This document shows positions 31,021-42,295 of a stretch of DNA of 64,000 bases, in pieces. Made by a program: the position numbers and the translations under genes. Numbering within the stretch: position 1 is the stretch's first letter; each line of letters opens with the position of its first letter. Below the pieces are notes generated by a model. The model made no database searches, had not been told where the DNA came from, and saw nothing but the letters and a program-made list of their open reading frames with translations. The stretch is from Williopsis jadinii (taxonomy: Eukaryota): the NCBI GenBank assembly GCA_024346625.1, contig AP024664.1, positions 2,666,001-2,730,000 of the forward strand, in the 5' to 3' direction.

Positions 31021-31042
31021 AGCTCATCGCAATTTTTTTTCA
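31021..31042 (-). promoter_or_regulatory. RRPE + PAC ribosome-biogenesis elements upstream of RRP17
   Basis: Minus strand reads TGAAAAAAAATTGCGATGAGCT. Confidence 0.75.
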
Positions 31043-31394
31043 TTCCCTTTGGCGCCCAGTAGGCTCATCCAGCCGTTCCAGCCTTCTAGTTATACAGAGC
31101 CAATTGCGTATATTCGACGCTCATAATCAATGGCTAAGCTGATACCCTGACACACATCCATACACACATCCACACACACACCAACGGTCTGATCCGTGCT
31201 GTTTTAGTCCAATTGTACGGGCTAACCATGGCCACCACGGTTGGGGTGGAATATTCCGATGGACGAAAGCGGAAATATATTCCGATGTCTCTCTCTGTCT
31301 GGAAAAATGTAAACAAAGGCCCTAAACAGCTCTGTTCCTATACACATGTAAATAGCTCGAATTGTACTCTTTGCCCCTCTATAAAGCTGTTGCG

Positions 31395-31680
31395 ATGGCT
31401 CCTGTGACGAGATCGCAAGTGAGGAAGATACTCAAACAGCGGACTGGAAGAACTATCGCAAAAGATGGGACTGATGTTCTGGTGAGTGGTAATTATTGCA
31501 TCCAACTGATGGTTTCATGAGCTAACTTGTGCCTCGTAGATTTCCTTAGACTATAACCTCTTTCTGGAGGAGCTGGTGTTTGAGTCCTCGAAGCTTGCTA
31601 AGAAGGAGGGCTCTAGAGAAATATTACCGAGCCATCTTCTGAGAGTTAAGGAGAAAGTGTTGAAGAAGTACAGGGGGTGA
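31395..31680 (+). CDS. WIP1: Histone-fold kinetochore protein CENP-W/Wip1, 75 aa; exons 31395-31481 and 31540-31680
   Basis: Intron GTGAGT...GCTAAC...TAG; spliced MAPVTRSQVRKILKQRTGRTIAKDGTDVLISLDYNLFLEELV...VLKKYRG; adjacent to BCS1 like S. cerevisiae WIP1. Confidence 0.85.
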
Positions 31681-31760
31681 GGATGTGTGGGCATTGCAAT
31701 GCCTATCGTGTTTTTTGATGTTGTGCTTTTTATATACAGGTTGATCACATGGTTCCCTCG

Positions 31761-33200
31761 TTAAAACACGTGGTTTGGTGTCTTGAGGGTTTCGACCAGG
31801 GTAAGTGCGCCATCAGGGTCGTTCTTATTATAAACAAAGAGGCCTTGCAGCTGTGCGGTGGAGATTGGAACTCCCAGTGATGTGGCCTTCTTGACAAACT
31901 CATCGGCTTTTGCTTCTTCACCTACATAGAATCTGAGGAACATCTCTCTCATCTGGTACTCTGTGGCATCGCCAATAAGGACCCTGAAGTCAACACGGCC
32001 TGGTCTCAGAATCGCAGGGTCTAGTTTTTCAGGATGGTTTGTTGTCATGAAGGTGATGGTCTCCTCTGATGACGCAACACCATCCAATGCGTTCAACAAC
32101 CCACTGAAAGTGACGCCTGATTTATAACCAGAGTCGTCGGTTTGGTCACGCTTGTTGAATGCCGCATCGATATCTTCGAGCAGCAACAAACTTCTCTCTG
32201 GTATGTGGTTCATCAAGTGGTTCAAACGGTCATCAGTCAAGTTTGCCTCACTGAGGTTCAAAATGCAAATGTTGTAATCCAAGTCACCAGCCAAGGCCTG
32301 TATGAAACTTGTCTTACCACTACCTGGCGGTCCAAATAGTAAATAACCACGTCTATATGGAATACCACGGTCGAAATACCATTGTCCGCTCTTCAAAAAA
32401 TCTTTAACGTCATCAAGGATCATATTTTTGATCCCCTTGTCGAGGATAACCGATCCAATTGTTCTCTTTCTCTTTGGCTGGCCAAATGGTCTCCATTCTG
32501 GACCCCACGAGGTATAAATCACTGTTTTACCCTCTTGTGCCTTTAAGGCCATCGATTTGGCCTCTGACAATAAATCGGCAAATAAGTTACGATCTCTGTA
32601 CAGAGTTGTCAGTGTGACGGTTTCAAACGGTGTACCACTGGTCATATCAAGCATTTTACCTGATCTTTCTCTCTTTATGAACATAAACGCGCCTTTGTAT
32701 CTGATCAAATGGTTACCTGGTCCTGGAACCAGTGAAAACTTGGTTGAAACGGCACCATTATCGTGCTGTACAAAGGACGTCTCAACACTCAAATGCCTCG
32801 ACGATCTCTGCTTGTACTTGGACATCCACTCCAGAAACCACATATATGACTTGTCCTTCGATGGAATCTCCAAGTCCACCAGCAACTGGCGATAGAGAAA
32901 CCCAGACAGCCTGGTTATGCCTGAACGCGCCACTGCAAGACCTGTACCTAAGAGCATCAACCCACCACCGGCAGCAAAGTACGGGTTGCCAGTTATCGCC
33001 TGCTGTACAAAGCTAGACGCCATGCCACCAAAAGAGTCTTCAGACGTGATCTTGTCAATGTCAATGGAAGGCATACCGTTTGGCGGTGGTGAAGAAGGTG
33101 ACGCTGGTGTCTGTGGAGCCACCGGCTCAGACACAGCCATTGTTTCGGCAGGTGCTCCTACTGATGCCTGTGCAGGCTCTGCTTTTCCAAAGAACCCCAT
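31761..33200 (-). CDS. BCS1: Mitochondrial AAA chaperone Bcs1
   Basis: [49 protein letters not shown]. Confidence 0.96.
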   Translation of the reverse strand: MGFFGKAEPAQASVGAPAETMAVSEPVAPQTPASPSSPPPNGMPSIDIDKITSEDSFGGMASSFVQQAITGNPYFAAGGGLMLLGTGLAVARSGITRLSGFLYRQLLVDLEIPSKDKSYMWFLEWMSKYKQRSSRHLSVETSFVQHDNGAVSTKFSLVPGPGNHLIRYKGAFMFIKRERSGKMLDMTSGTPFETVTLTTLYRDRNLFADLLSEAKSMALKAQEGKTVIYTSWGPEWRPFGQPKRKRTIGSVILDKGIKNMILDDVKDFLKSGQWYFDRGIPYRRGYLLFGPPGSGKTSFIQALAGDLDYNICILNLSEANLTDDRLNHLMNHIPERSLLLLEDIDAAFNKRDQTDDSGYKSGVTFSGLLNALDGVASSEETITFMTTNHPEKLDPAILRPGRVDFRVLIGDATEYQMREMFLRFYVGEEAKADEFVKKATSLGVPISTAQLQGLFVYNKNDPDGALTLVETLKTPNHVF

Positions 33201-33490
33201 CCTTAGTACCTCTCTCCCTCTCTCTTACCGCCTTCTAAACAAAACCTCATCGAAAACAAGGTGAGAAAAGTGTGTATGAAGTACACCGACGTGCGACCTT
33301 GCTTATGTAATCTCTTTGGAGCGTGTCGCTACCGAAATCATCTCTAGCCGGCAATGAGAAGATGCTCCCCTCCCCCTGATATAAACGGCAGAGAAGTACG
33401 CCTGTTTTTCGATCAAAACACTGTTGATAGTAGAAAACTCCACCTAAAGAGGAGGTCGCCATTGGTAGCTTGGCCACCTAACAAGAAGAA

Positions 33491-36400
33491 ATGCATATGG
33501 AACCACAGGATCTCGCCGTTGTGGAAAAATCGGACGAAGCGCCACAAGCGCTGGGAAGCCGCCCTGAGGGTACTGTTGCTGCTGATGATGATCTAAACAC
33601 AGGAGACGAAGCTGTTGCCACTGTCCAGTCGCGGGAGCTCTATCCGCAGCTCAATGGGGTGTTCAAGACCATAAACAGGCTGCTGGATGATGTTGTTATG
33701 GATTTGGAGTTCTTGAACGATGAGACGAACCCGAGGGGAATACTACAGGCCCATCCGTTGGAGTACTCGGAGCAACTATCGCAGATCAAGTACAACAAGT
33801 ATGAGGTACGCTTTCTCAACGAGACGACGCCGCTGGCGTCGCCTGTGGAGTACAGGAAGTCTCTCTCCAACGGTGAGGATACGGTCACAATCATCAGAGC
33901 GCTTCTCTACACCAATTCTGAGCCGTCGCTGTCCCGTACAAGAGTGTACCATCTCCGAATAGTTGTGAAGACCAGGCACGACGAGAAGCCCGTGTCCAAG
34001 AATGAATTCCACCTGGCACAGCTCTCGCCCGAGGATGAGATTGACATGGTTGAATCTGCGTTGGTGAGGGAGACAGATCAGCAGGTGGTGAGAGACTCCC
34101 TGCCAAAGCTGTTAGACTCCGCCTCCTATGTCTGTGCCTTGACGAAAAAGGCGGTGAGGTTTGAGATCTCAGCACCAGAGTTCGACCATGAGGATCTACA
34201 CGAGTTTGAGATTGGACCAATCAACGTGAGACATAGAAAGGCATTCGACAAGTATCCAGACGTGTCTGAAAATCCCCCTTCTCCTGCACAATGTCTTCAT
34301 ACCCTTTTTAAGGCATTGAGGGTCCCGCTTCTGTCGGAACCAACAGATGACATTAAATCCATTCCTGCAGAGAACAAATCGCTGAACATCAGCATCAACC
34401 CAAGTATACTCTTGAAGAAGATGCATTTCGAACTGAACCATAATGAATACTTCCCCCCTAACATTTCCAATAGGGATGATCGCAAGAGCAACATCATCAG
34501 AGAAGCCTTTATAAGACAGATAACAGAGATCATACTGTTGGGTACTAAGGCTTATTCACAAGGTGCAGCCAATCCATTCGCACACCATCGATTTAGCAAG
34601 AATTTTGACCTAGTGTTCCATGCACTGCAAGATAACGCATCGACACTACATCATAAGGAAGTCCTGAAGGACAAATTCTTCATTGACCTGTCTGCGTTTC
34701 CATTCTATAGTGACGATTTGTTGATCACCTGCTACAAAAAGACACTTGAATGTGATCAGCAAAACGCAATGGTGTACTACGACTCCTTGAAGGAAATTCA
34801 ACAGAGGAAAGCAACGTTGAAACTTTCTCATTTTGTTAGAGAGTTACACTTATCTGGTGTAATCGGCTATTCAGATTTGGAGAATGCTTACAAACACCTA
34901 AATATTGATCCAGTTCAGGCCCCACATATCGATGATGAGCTTCTGCTTACTATGTACAAGAATGAGACCTCTATGAACCCTTCAGACTCTACCTTGAGAG
35001 AATCTATGATGTTAATTGCTCGTCAGAGAGGAAGTTCCAAATTGGAGCATTACCTCAAGTATGAACCTTTACCTTTGGAAAAGGCATATGAGGTGCTCGA
35101 CATTGACCATTCTGTCGACGATGATATTGTGGCTACAGCGGTGTTAATCAAGAAGGGTGACTCACCGGAAGAGGAGGAGTTGTTGAACAGGGCGTTCCTC
35201 ACAATCGCCGTGAATAGAAAAAGTTTCTTGTTGTTGAATGAAGCTGAGCGTGACTTTCCCGATCTCAATGAACAAATGGATTTTAAAGAAGCTTGTGAAT
35301 ACTTGGGTGCTGACGAGAATGCTGATGAAATTCAGTGTATCAACATCTTTCAACTGGGACAACGTGAAATCAAAACAGCAAGATATGCACTTCGTGTCAT
35401 TGGTCAGAAGTGGAATTCAGGTTTAACAGATACTTTTCTAAAAACTGGATTGATTGATCAAAATTCCCTTCCTCCAAGCGAATGGCCTGTTGGATTGGAT
35501 AACATTGGAAATACTTGCTATTTGAATTCGTTGTTGCAATATTATTTTTCAATTAAGCCATTAAGAGATACTATTCTTTCTTTTGATGAAGTTTTCGAAG
35601 AAGACTCTGATATTTACAAATTGAGAAGAATTGGCGGACGGTTAGTTGATGACAACGAGGTCGAAAGATCCTTTCAATTCATCTACCAGTTAAGGGATCT
35701 TTTCTACGAACTCATCCACACAAAGAACAGGTGTATCCAACCGACTAGAGAATTGGCATTCTTGGCCTTTTTACCAAGTTATCTCAAAGTTGAGTTTGAA
35801 AAGGATGAGGAAGTGAATGAGAATAATGTGGTTATCATCGACGAAAATACATCCAAGGATTTGATTGATCTGACCAACTCGTCTGATGATATTGTGATGG
35901 TTGATGCTGAGCCACAACAGAAATCCGATGTGTCAGCACAACCACCAGATCTTGCGAATGCCCAGGATGAAGATCAGGATAAATCAGTGATCGATGATAC
36001 GATGAGTGGAGCTGATACAGCATGCCACAAGATTGGAGGCTCATCACTGAAGGCAGCTAGAATATCCGACAGTGAGATCGAAAATGCATACGAAATTGGA
36101 AGACAACAGGACGTCACGGAATGTATAGGCAATGTCCTCTCTCAGATAGAAGCTGCGATGAAACCAGATGCTTTGGATGAAACAGATAATGAACAAATTG
36201 ACTTTGTAAAGAAACTCTTCTATGGAAATACCGTTGCACACTTGGTGAATCCTAGTGATACGGCGATTAGAAGGGAGACCACTGATAAGTTTTCCAACTT
36301 GTACGCCAACGTTATGGATCATCCAAGACACTTGTATGAGGCCATTGACAATGCCTTTGCTAGCGAGGAAGTGAGTACGGGTGGGGAAACATTGACCAGA

Positions 36401-37090
36401 ACGGAAAGAATTACACATCTTCCAACCATCTTACAAATCCAAATCCAAAGAGTGTATTACGACAAACAACTATGTCGTCCATATAAGGATATTAGTCCTT
36501 TGCCATTCCCTGAAACACTGTACATGGATAGGTACTTGGACACTGATGATCCAGAAATCATCAAGAAACGTGCTGAGGTTGTCGAATGGAAGTCTGAATT
36601 GGCTGCTTTGAAAAGAAGAAGGGATAAATTACTCAAGAAAAACACCTACGGGTTGACATACAAAGACGCTCTAAAGTCACTTCTGCAGTGGACAGATGAT
36701 GAAGATCTTTGTCAAAAGGAGACAAGAGTGTCTATCCAGGCTATTATTGACAAGATTGACGTGGAACTTTCAAGTATCTACACGAAGACTCAGGAACTGC
36801 ATAAAAAGATAGATACCCAATTTGACAACTATCAGAAGTATGGATACTCAATATTTGCAATATTTATCCACAGAGGTGAGGCAAGTTATGGACATTACTG
36901 GATCTATATCAAAGACCGCAAGAAGAACGTATACCGTAAGTACAACGATGACCAGGTTACAGAAGTTGCCATATCTGACGTCTTGAACTTTAACGAAGGT
37001 AACACGGCTACACCTTATTTCCTCGCGTATGTTAAGAATACAGAGGAGGAAACTATAGTAGATCCATTGCATAGAATTGTTGATGAATAA
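33491..37090 (+). CDS. UBP2: Ubiquitin-specific protease Ubp2
   Basis: GLDNIGNTCYLNSLLQ Cys box, GRQQDVTECI, HRGEASYGHYW His box; start may be 33497. Confidence 0.92.
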   Translation: MHMEPQDLAVVEKSDEAPQALGSRPEGTVAADDDLNTGDEAVATVQSRELYPQLNGVFKTINRLLDDVVMDLEFLNDETNPRGILQAHPLEYSEQLSQIKYNKYEVRFLNETTPLASPVEYRKSLSNGEDTVTIIRALLYTNSEPSLSRTRVYHLRIVVKTRHDEKPVSKNEFHLAQLSPEDEIDMVESALVRETDQQVVRDSLPKLLDSASYVCALTKKAVRFEISAPEFDHEDLHEFEIGPINVRHRKAFDKYPDVSENPPSPAQCLHTLFKALRVPLLSEPTDDIKSIPAENKSLNISINPSILLKKMHFELNHNEYFPPNISNRDDRKSNIIREAFIRQITEIILLGTKAYSQGAANPFAHHRFSKNFDLVFHALQDNASTLHHKEVLKDKFFIDLSAFPFYSDDLLITCYKKTLECDQQNAMVYYDSLKEIQQRKATLKLSHFVRELHLSGVIGYSDLENAYKHLNIDPVQAPHIDDELLLTMYKNETSMNPSDSTLRESMMLIARQRGSSKLEHYLKYEPLPLEKAYEVLDIDHSVDDDIVATAVLIKKGDSPEEEELLNRAFLTIAVNRKSFLLLNEAERDFPDLNEQMDFKEACEYLGADENADEIQCINIFQLGQREIKTARYALRVIGQKWNSGLTDTFLKTGLIDQNSLPPSEWPVGLDNIGNTCYLNSLLQYYFSIKPLRDTILSFDEVFEEDSDIYKLRRIGGRLVDDNEVERSFQFIYQLRDLFYELIHTKNRCIQPTRELAFLAFLPSYLKVEFEKDEEVNENNVVIIDENTSKDLIDLTNSSDDIVMVDAEPQQKSDVSAQPPDLANAQDEDQDKSVIDDTMSGADTACHKIGGSSLKAARISDSEIENAYEIGRQQDVTECIGNVLSQIEAAMKPDALDETDNEQIDFVKKLFYGNTVAHLVNPSDTAIRRETTDKFSNLYANVMDHPRHLYEAIDNAFASEEVSTGGETLTRTERITHLPTILQIQIQRVYYDKQLCRPYKDISPLPFPETLYMDRYLDTDDPEIIKKRAEVVEWKSELAALKRRRDKLLKKNTYGLTYKDALKSLLQWTDDEDLCQKETRVSIQAIIDKIDVELSSIYTKTQELHKKIDTQFDNYQKYGYSIFAIFIHRGEASYGHYWIYIKDRKKNVYRKYNDDQVTEVAISDVLNFNEGNTATPYFLAYVKNTEEETIVDPLHRIVDE

Positions 37091-37160
37091 ACGTTTAGTG
37101 GGTTGCCTATAAGTTTTTAAGCTACAACGATTACAGAATATGACAATTTTTAGTACTATT

Positions 37161-40100
37161 TTACTCATCAACATGGCTCTTTAACCCTTCTAAGCACTTC
37201 TCTGCAACATATACCATCTCTTTCAAGTCCTGCTTCTTGTACTGTTTGAATATATCCTCATCGGGTACATGTCGTTTGATGTTAGTACCATCGCTCCTTT
37301 CACCAATCCAGTCCCAGATATCAAACTCTTTGGACATTCTCATCCTTGGATCGTTCAATGATGTGTCAATGCTAGGTATTATTAAGAATTCTTCACCTCC
37401 TATAACTACCTTTGATGACTCACGATATTCAAACTGATGAGGTTGTGCTCCTCCTCCTCCTGTTCCAATTGTTACCATCTTTCTCAGAATGAGAACCGCA
37501 AGGAACATGACGAGTAGTAGCAAAGACAGCGAACCACCTCCTTTCTCCAGGAATGAGTCCAACCCGGGAATTGGGATTCTATATCCTTGAGATGGACCAC
37601 ACATCTCTTTGTAAGTGTCCACCGTTTCTAGCTCCTCTTTCTTCAGCTTGATGCTCTTCCGTTTCTTTCTCTTTGATCCTGGCCCGGCGCTACTCAAGGT
37701 ACTCTTGACCTCGTTGATTAATACTGCAATGCTGTCCTTTTGTCCATCGATTGATCCCTTCTCAATAACTCCCTTTATCCAACTCTTTCCTGTCCAGTTC
37801 ACGTAGGTTGAAACAACCATTCTAGTGCTGTTGTTATCAGTCCAGTAAAGGTAAAAATTGGTCTTCACAGAAAAGGAGCTACCTGAAGGGACATCAGGAG
37901 TGACAACACTCTGTACAAGATGGATATGTGAGTTCAAATCAAACGTTTCAATGGTTTCAGTGATTTCACAGTGTGTCTGTTTTGGACCTATTGGTCCATT
38001 TAACGGTTTGGTATACTCATAACTTCTTTCTCTTGGTGCCTTATCGGGGAATTTGCCAATATCGCTCAAATCAAAATTCTTCTGGGCCAAACTAATCGCC
38101 TTCATGTATGATGGGTCGAATATAATTGAATATACTGTACCCAATGGAGCCTGGAACGTTTCCTCTGCAAGAAGCGTTTCATTACTGGCAATATTTGGAG
38201 AGAAGGTCGAGGGCGCATGGGTCTTAGGCCCGACTAATGGAAGATCAGAAGCCTGTTCCTCAACATTGTCGCCTGATCCCTGTCCACCGCTCGAGTTCTT
38301 TGCTTTGAGCTCATCAACCAGGATACCTATGGATTCCTTTTGTCCATCTATGGATCCCTTATCGATGGCAGCTCTAATCCAACTTTTACCAGTCCAGTTC
38401 ATGTACGTGTATACAGTGATTTTCGTACTGTTGTTCAGACCCCATGAGAGATAAATCTGAGTAACGACGCTAAATGAACCACCCGACGGAACATCAGGAG
38501 TCCTGGTGGTTTGCGTACAAAGGACATACCCTGAAAAGTCCTTATGATCAAGAGTTTCTGTGACATTACACACGGTCTCCTTTGGTCCTATTGGTGCATT
38601 GAGTGGTTTGGTGTAACGGTAATCTCTATTCAAGACATCATCAGATTTTGAAAACTCTGGAATTGCCGAAATATTTTTGTTTTTTTGCTTAGAGATGACT
38701 GAGTGTAAGAAAGAAGAATCTTTACCAAATAATTGGTTAAAAACTTTTGGTAAAGGAGCTGAGATCGTATCTTCAATGAGTTTTACTTCACCACTTACTT
38801 CTTCATGATCGATTTCTGTAGGGGAGTGTTTTGTCAATCCATTACGATCATCATCCGCACGGTTTGTATCATCGTTATCAAAATCTTCATCGTCATCACT
38901 ATCTTCATTATCATCGTTATCTCTATCAAGTTCTTCTTCGGTATCTGAGTCATATTCATCGTCATAGTCATATGACCGATTCCCACTGTCACCATCCATA
39001 TCTAAAAGGACATCAACATCATCAAGGCCTAAAGAGCCTCTCACCAGTTGGTTCCAAATATTTGTAATCAGCTCAAACGTAGTATCTCTTGTCAAGAAGC
39101 TTGCAAATACATACTTCTGATGCAAAGTTTGGATGACAATACCATTAGGGAAAAGACCTGCTGTGGTTTTCTTCTCTAACTGGACAATTTCATGGATTGG
39201 AATGATGATATTTGTAACCCAGCCCAAGATATTTGACTTGAAGCAGATATGACGTTCACTGATAAACACTCTACCTTGCACCAAGATGTCCTTCTGCAAA
39301 GCACAGCTATAATCTTCGATAAGTTTTTCACTCTTGGGGATTTTCCTAAATGTGTTATGGAAATCGCTATTTCTCTTTGGGCTTGCAAATGAAATGTCCT
39401 TAAGTTCAACGCTTGGTAGTGGTGAAGACATAGGTACGTCACCGTTAGACGTTGCTAAGGACAGGTTATCGTAACCGTTTCCATTACCATTATAGGAGCT
39501 GAAACTTCTTCTATGTTTTGAATTCAAAGAATCCATGGTCCTTATCGCATTAGGAGATAATGATCTTCTGATTGCTGGTGGTGACATGGATCTTGAAGTT
39601 AGATTTGCATTAGAATAATTGATTGTAGCTGGCACTGCAATCATTCCATTCCTGTTAGAAATTTCAATACTCCCATTGCTCTGTTCCGCCGCACCATTGT
39701 TATTGGCACTGTCGTTCACATGATTAATCAATTCCCTTGGTAAGATATCGTCTGCAGTTTCTGATCTTGTTGTGGTGTTAGAATCGTGGACCTCAATCTG
39801 AGGTGGATAAGATGAACTTGAGAGTCTCTTGCCGTTAATACTCGGAGGAACTCCTAGATCTTCCAACGTCAACTCGCCCTTGCCCATGGTACTTAGCAAG
39901 GTTTTTCTCAAAGGCTGGAATTGAACGTCACGGGCATTCGACCTAGACACTATTGACGAATTATCAAGCTCACCACCAGCATGTGGCAGCTTACCACTAC
40001 TGTTGGATAACAACGCATCCAGGTGTTCACCGAAATTCTTCGAATCCACAGTGTCCTGACGTGTTGGAGATCTCAAGGCTTCATGGGAATTGTTCGTTAG

Positions 40101-40778
40101 CGAACCAATGTGCTGAGCAGCATTCATCAGTGAAGAGATTATCCCCCAATGCTGTGAGCCACTATCGTTGTTAGTGATTCTAGCACTGGCTGCAGTAGTA
40201 CCACCACCACCAACTCCCGTGGTTCCCTCAAAGTCCGATACTGTGTCCAGGTTCAGTTTCGATGACTTTGCAGAGGGTTTCATCCCAAAGGACGAGTCCC
40301 TCGAACGACTTCTCTTAACAGGGATATATTTCAAATCCTCCAGGCTGTTGTCAGCCTGCAACGATATCAGGTTATCACCGAGAGTATCAACCTCACCGTC
40401 ATGGCCCATCCCAGCGCTGGAGCTATGAGATCCGCTGATCTGTGAAGCCCTGGAAGAGCTTGTCCTTCTGTCACTCCCGTGAGGTTTACCACCAGCATGA
40501 GGCGTCAGGTACACCCCTGAGTATTTCCTTGGTCTACCGCTGTACGGTTCAGTGTGGTTACCAACGTCCAACTCCCCTAGCGCCCTACCGCCATACTGGC
40601 TGCTGCTGCTGTTGTTGTTGTTGTTGTTGCTATCATCATCAGAATTGTGCCGCTGTTGCTGCGGCATCCGACCAGGTGTGGACTTTGCCGATGGGGCAAA
40701 ACTGTTCCTTATAACCTTTGGTGTGGAACTGGCCTTCGGCTCCTTCTTGCTCCTCTTCTTGAATATGCTGCCGCCCAT
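37161..40778 (-). CDS. YSP2: LAM-family sterol transfer protein (GRAM + two StART-like/VASt domains + TM), Ysp2/Lam4 ortholog
   Basis: DYSCALQKDILVQGR GRAM domain; two copies of YTKPLN.PIGPK.T...TPDVPSG.SF. Confidence 0.9.
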   Translation of the reverse strand: MGGSIFKKRSKKEPKASSTPKVIRNSFAPSAKSTPGRMPQQQRHNSDDDSNNNNNNSSSSQYGGRALGELDVGNHTEPYSGRPRKYSGVYLTPHAGGKPHGSDRRTSSSRASQISGSHSSSAGMGHDGEVDTLGDNLISLQADNSLEDLKYIPVKRSRSRDSSFGMKPSAKSSKLNLDTVSDFEGTTGVGGGGTTAASARITNNDSGSQHWGIISSLMNAAQHIGSLTNNSHEALRSPTRQDTVDSKNFGEHLDALLSNSSGKLPHAGGELDNSSIVSRSNARDVQFQPLRKTLLSTMGKGELTLEDLGVPPSINGKRLSSSSYPPQIEVHDSNTTTRSETADDILPRELINHVNDSANNNGAAEQSNGSIEISNRNGMIAVPATINYSNANLTSRSMSPPAIRRSLSPNAIRTMDSLNSKHRRSFSSYNGNGNGYDNLSLATSNGDVPMSSPLPSVELKDISFASPKRNSDFHNTFRKIPKSEKLIEDYSCALQKDILVQGRVFISERHICFKSNILGWVTNIIIPIHEIVQLEKKTTAGLFPNGIVIQTLHQKYVFASFLTRDTTFELITNIWNQLVRGSLGLDDVDVLLDMDGDSGNRSYDYDDEYDSDTEEELDRDNDDNEDSDDDEDFDNDDTNRADDDRNGLTKHSPTEIDHEEVSGEVKLIEDTISAPLPKVFNQLFGKDSSFLHSVISKQKNKNISAIPEFSKSDDVLNRDYRYTKPLNAPIGPKETVCNVTETLDHKDFSGYVLCTQTTRTPDVPSGGSFSVVTQIYLSWGLNNSTKITVYTYMNWTGKSWIRAAIDKGSIDGQKESIGILVDELKAKNSSGGQGSGDNVEEQASDLPLVGPKTHAPSTFSPNIASNETLLAEETFQAPLGTVYSIIFDPSYMKAISLAQKNFDLSDIGKFPDKAPRERSYEYTKPLNGPIGPKQTHCEITETIETFDLNSHIHLVQSVVTPDVPSGSSFSVKTNFYLYWTDNNSTRMVVSTYVNWTGKSWIKGVIEKGSIDGQKDSIAVLINEVKSTLSSAGPGSKRKKRKSIKLKKEELETVDTYKEMCGPSQGYRIPIPGLDSFLEKGGGSLSLLLLVMFLAVLILRKMVTIGTGGGGAQPHQFEYRESSKVVIGGEEFLIIPSIDTSLNDPRMRMSKEFDIWDWIGERSDGTNIKRHVPDEDIFKQYKKQDLKEMVYVAEKCLEGLKSHVDE

Positions 40779-41129
40779 TGGTCAACCGGCTCTGTGATGC
40801 TCTTTACGCTGCCTGTGAGTTTTCCTCCTTCTCTTGGGAATAGAGAGCGTGGACGGTGGTAGAGGAGAAAGTTGCCTGTGCTGGGGAGGGGGATGCGAAG
40901 TGAAATCCGGTGTTTTTGTTTACGTTTTGCAAACTCGAACAAAAATAGTAGCGGGAATAATATTAGCGGGTAGTAATAACAGTACTTATAATAATGGCTG
41001 TAAACCCCTGGAGGTGGTGTTAAGATGTGTATTATCTACAATGGATCAGTGCGTATGACCATTCTGTGTGTAAAAATAGCTGAGATAGCGTACAGCGATG
41101 AGCTGTACAACGGTGATAGCAGGATGGAG

Positions 41130-41471
41130 TTAACACTTGTGCGCCGTCACTGATCCGTGGGATCTTGGCCCATCCTCGGGAACGTCAGCGCCAATCTCAT
41201 CCGCCACCTTGCTCAGACTGGTCTGTCGTTGGTCTGCGATCATTGTCATCAGAGACATGGCTATGTCCCGGAGCTCGTTGTATCGGTGCAACTGCCCGAT
41301 GTGTCTCGTCACAAGCTCCTGTGCATCTCTGTAGCTGTCCTCTCCTTGTAATAGTAGCACTTCATCTTCCAACTGTTGAGTTTGCCTCTGTAGATCTTGG
41401 AGCTTCGCCTCCTTCACGCGGAGCCTCAGCTCGATGGAATGTGCACTTTCATTTCTTCGACATTTGTACAT
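41130..41471 (-). CDS. SAE3: Meiotic recombination mediator Sae3/Swi5
   Basis: HIGQLHRYNELRDIAMSLMTMIAD Swi5 motif; next to LAM gene as in S. cerevisiae. Confidence 0.85.
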   Translation of the reverse strand: MYKCRRNESAHSIELRLRVKEAKLQDLQRQTQQLEDEVLLLQGEDSYRDAQELVTRHIGQLHRYNELRDIAMSLMTMIADQRQTSLSKVADEIGADVPEDGPRSHGSVTAHKC

Positions 41472-42295
41472 CGCTTCTGCAACGCTTGAGTGAGCTGGTT
41501 ACTATCTACACCGGAGGCTGGTTGGTCCGAAGCCCGATCTATAGGTGCTGGTGTAAAGAAAAGATTCATTTCTATACAAGAAAACAAAGGGGAAAGTTCG
41601 AATCTTCACTTGTTTCAAGAGCTTCAGAGAGGTTCGTTACGAACACTTTTGAATAATCAAAAAAAATTCATGATTAGCATGGAAAGTTTTACTCATCATT
41701 AGCAAAATGAACGCAAGAGAACATCGATTTGGACACGGACGCCAAAATGTTATATAAAACTTAGCTATAGAAAAACTTGAAGGCCTAAAACACGTTGCAG
41801 TTAGTAAAATGATCCAAAAGACTCAAGGAACTCTCCATCGTCCGATAGTATATAATAAAGCATTAATATGAAATCAGAATTTTCAGTGTGTTTGGCAAAG
41901 AATCGGTTCGATCATGGTAAAAAACGATAATCTGTTTGGGGCGACATCTATTCATCATATGGATATTAAAAAAAGCCGCTCTATCAGCATCAATGGACAG
42001 TTCAGGTACAGAATAAACTCACAAAGTTGAACTCAACTTCGACGTAAGAACGCTCAACAAGTTTGTTCTATTCCCATCTCGGCTTCCTTAATGTTAGAAA
42101 GAAGATGGAGAAGAACAGAAGCGGAAGAAGGGAAAATTTTTTTCAAATAGGCACATATCCGACTTGTTTTTCCTCGGATTTGGTACGTGCGTCTCATCGC
42201 GCTCTGTTTACTTTTCTTAGGGCTTCATTCCATGCGTTTTGAAGACTCAGAAACACAGGAATTGAGACCAGGGACTCAGCAGATACCGGTAAACG

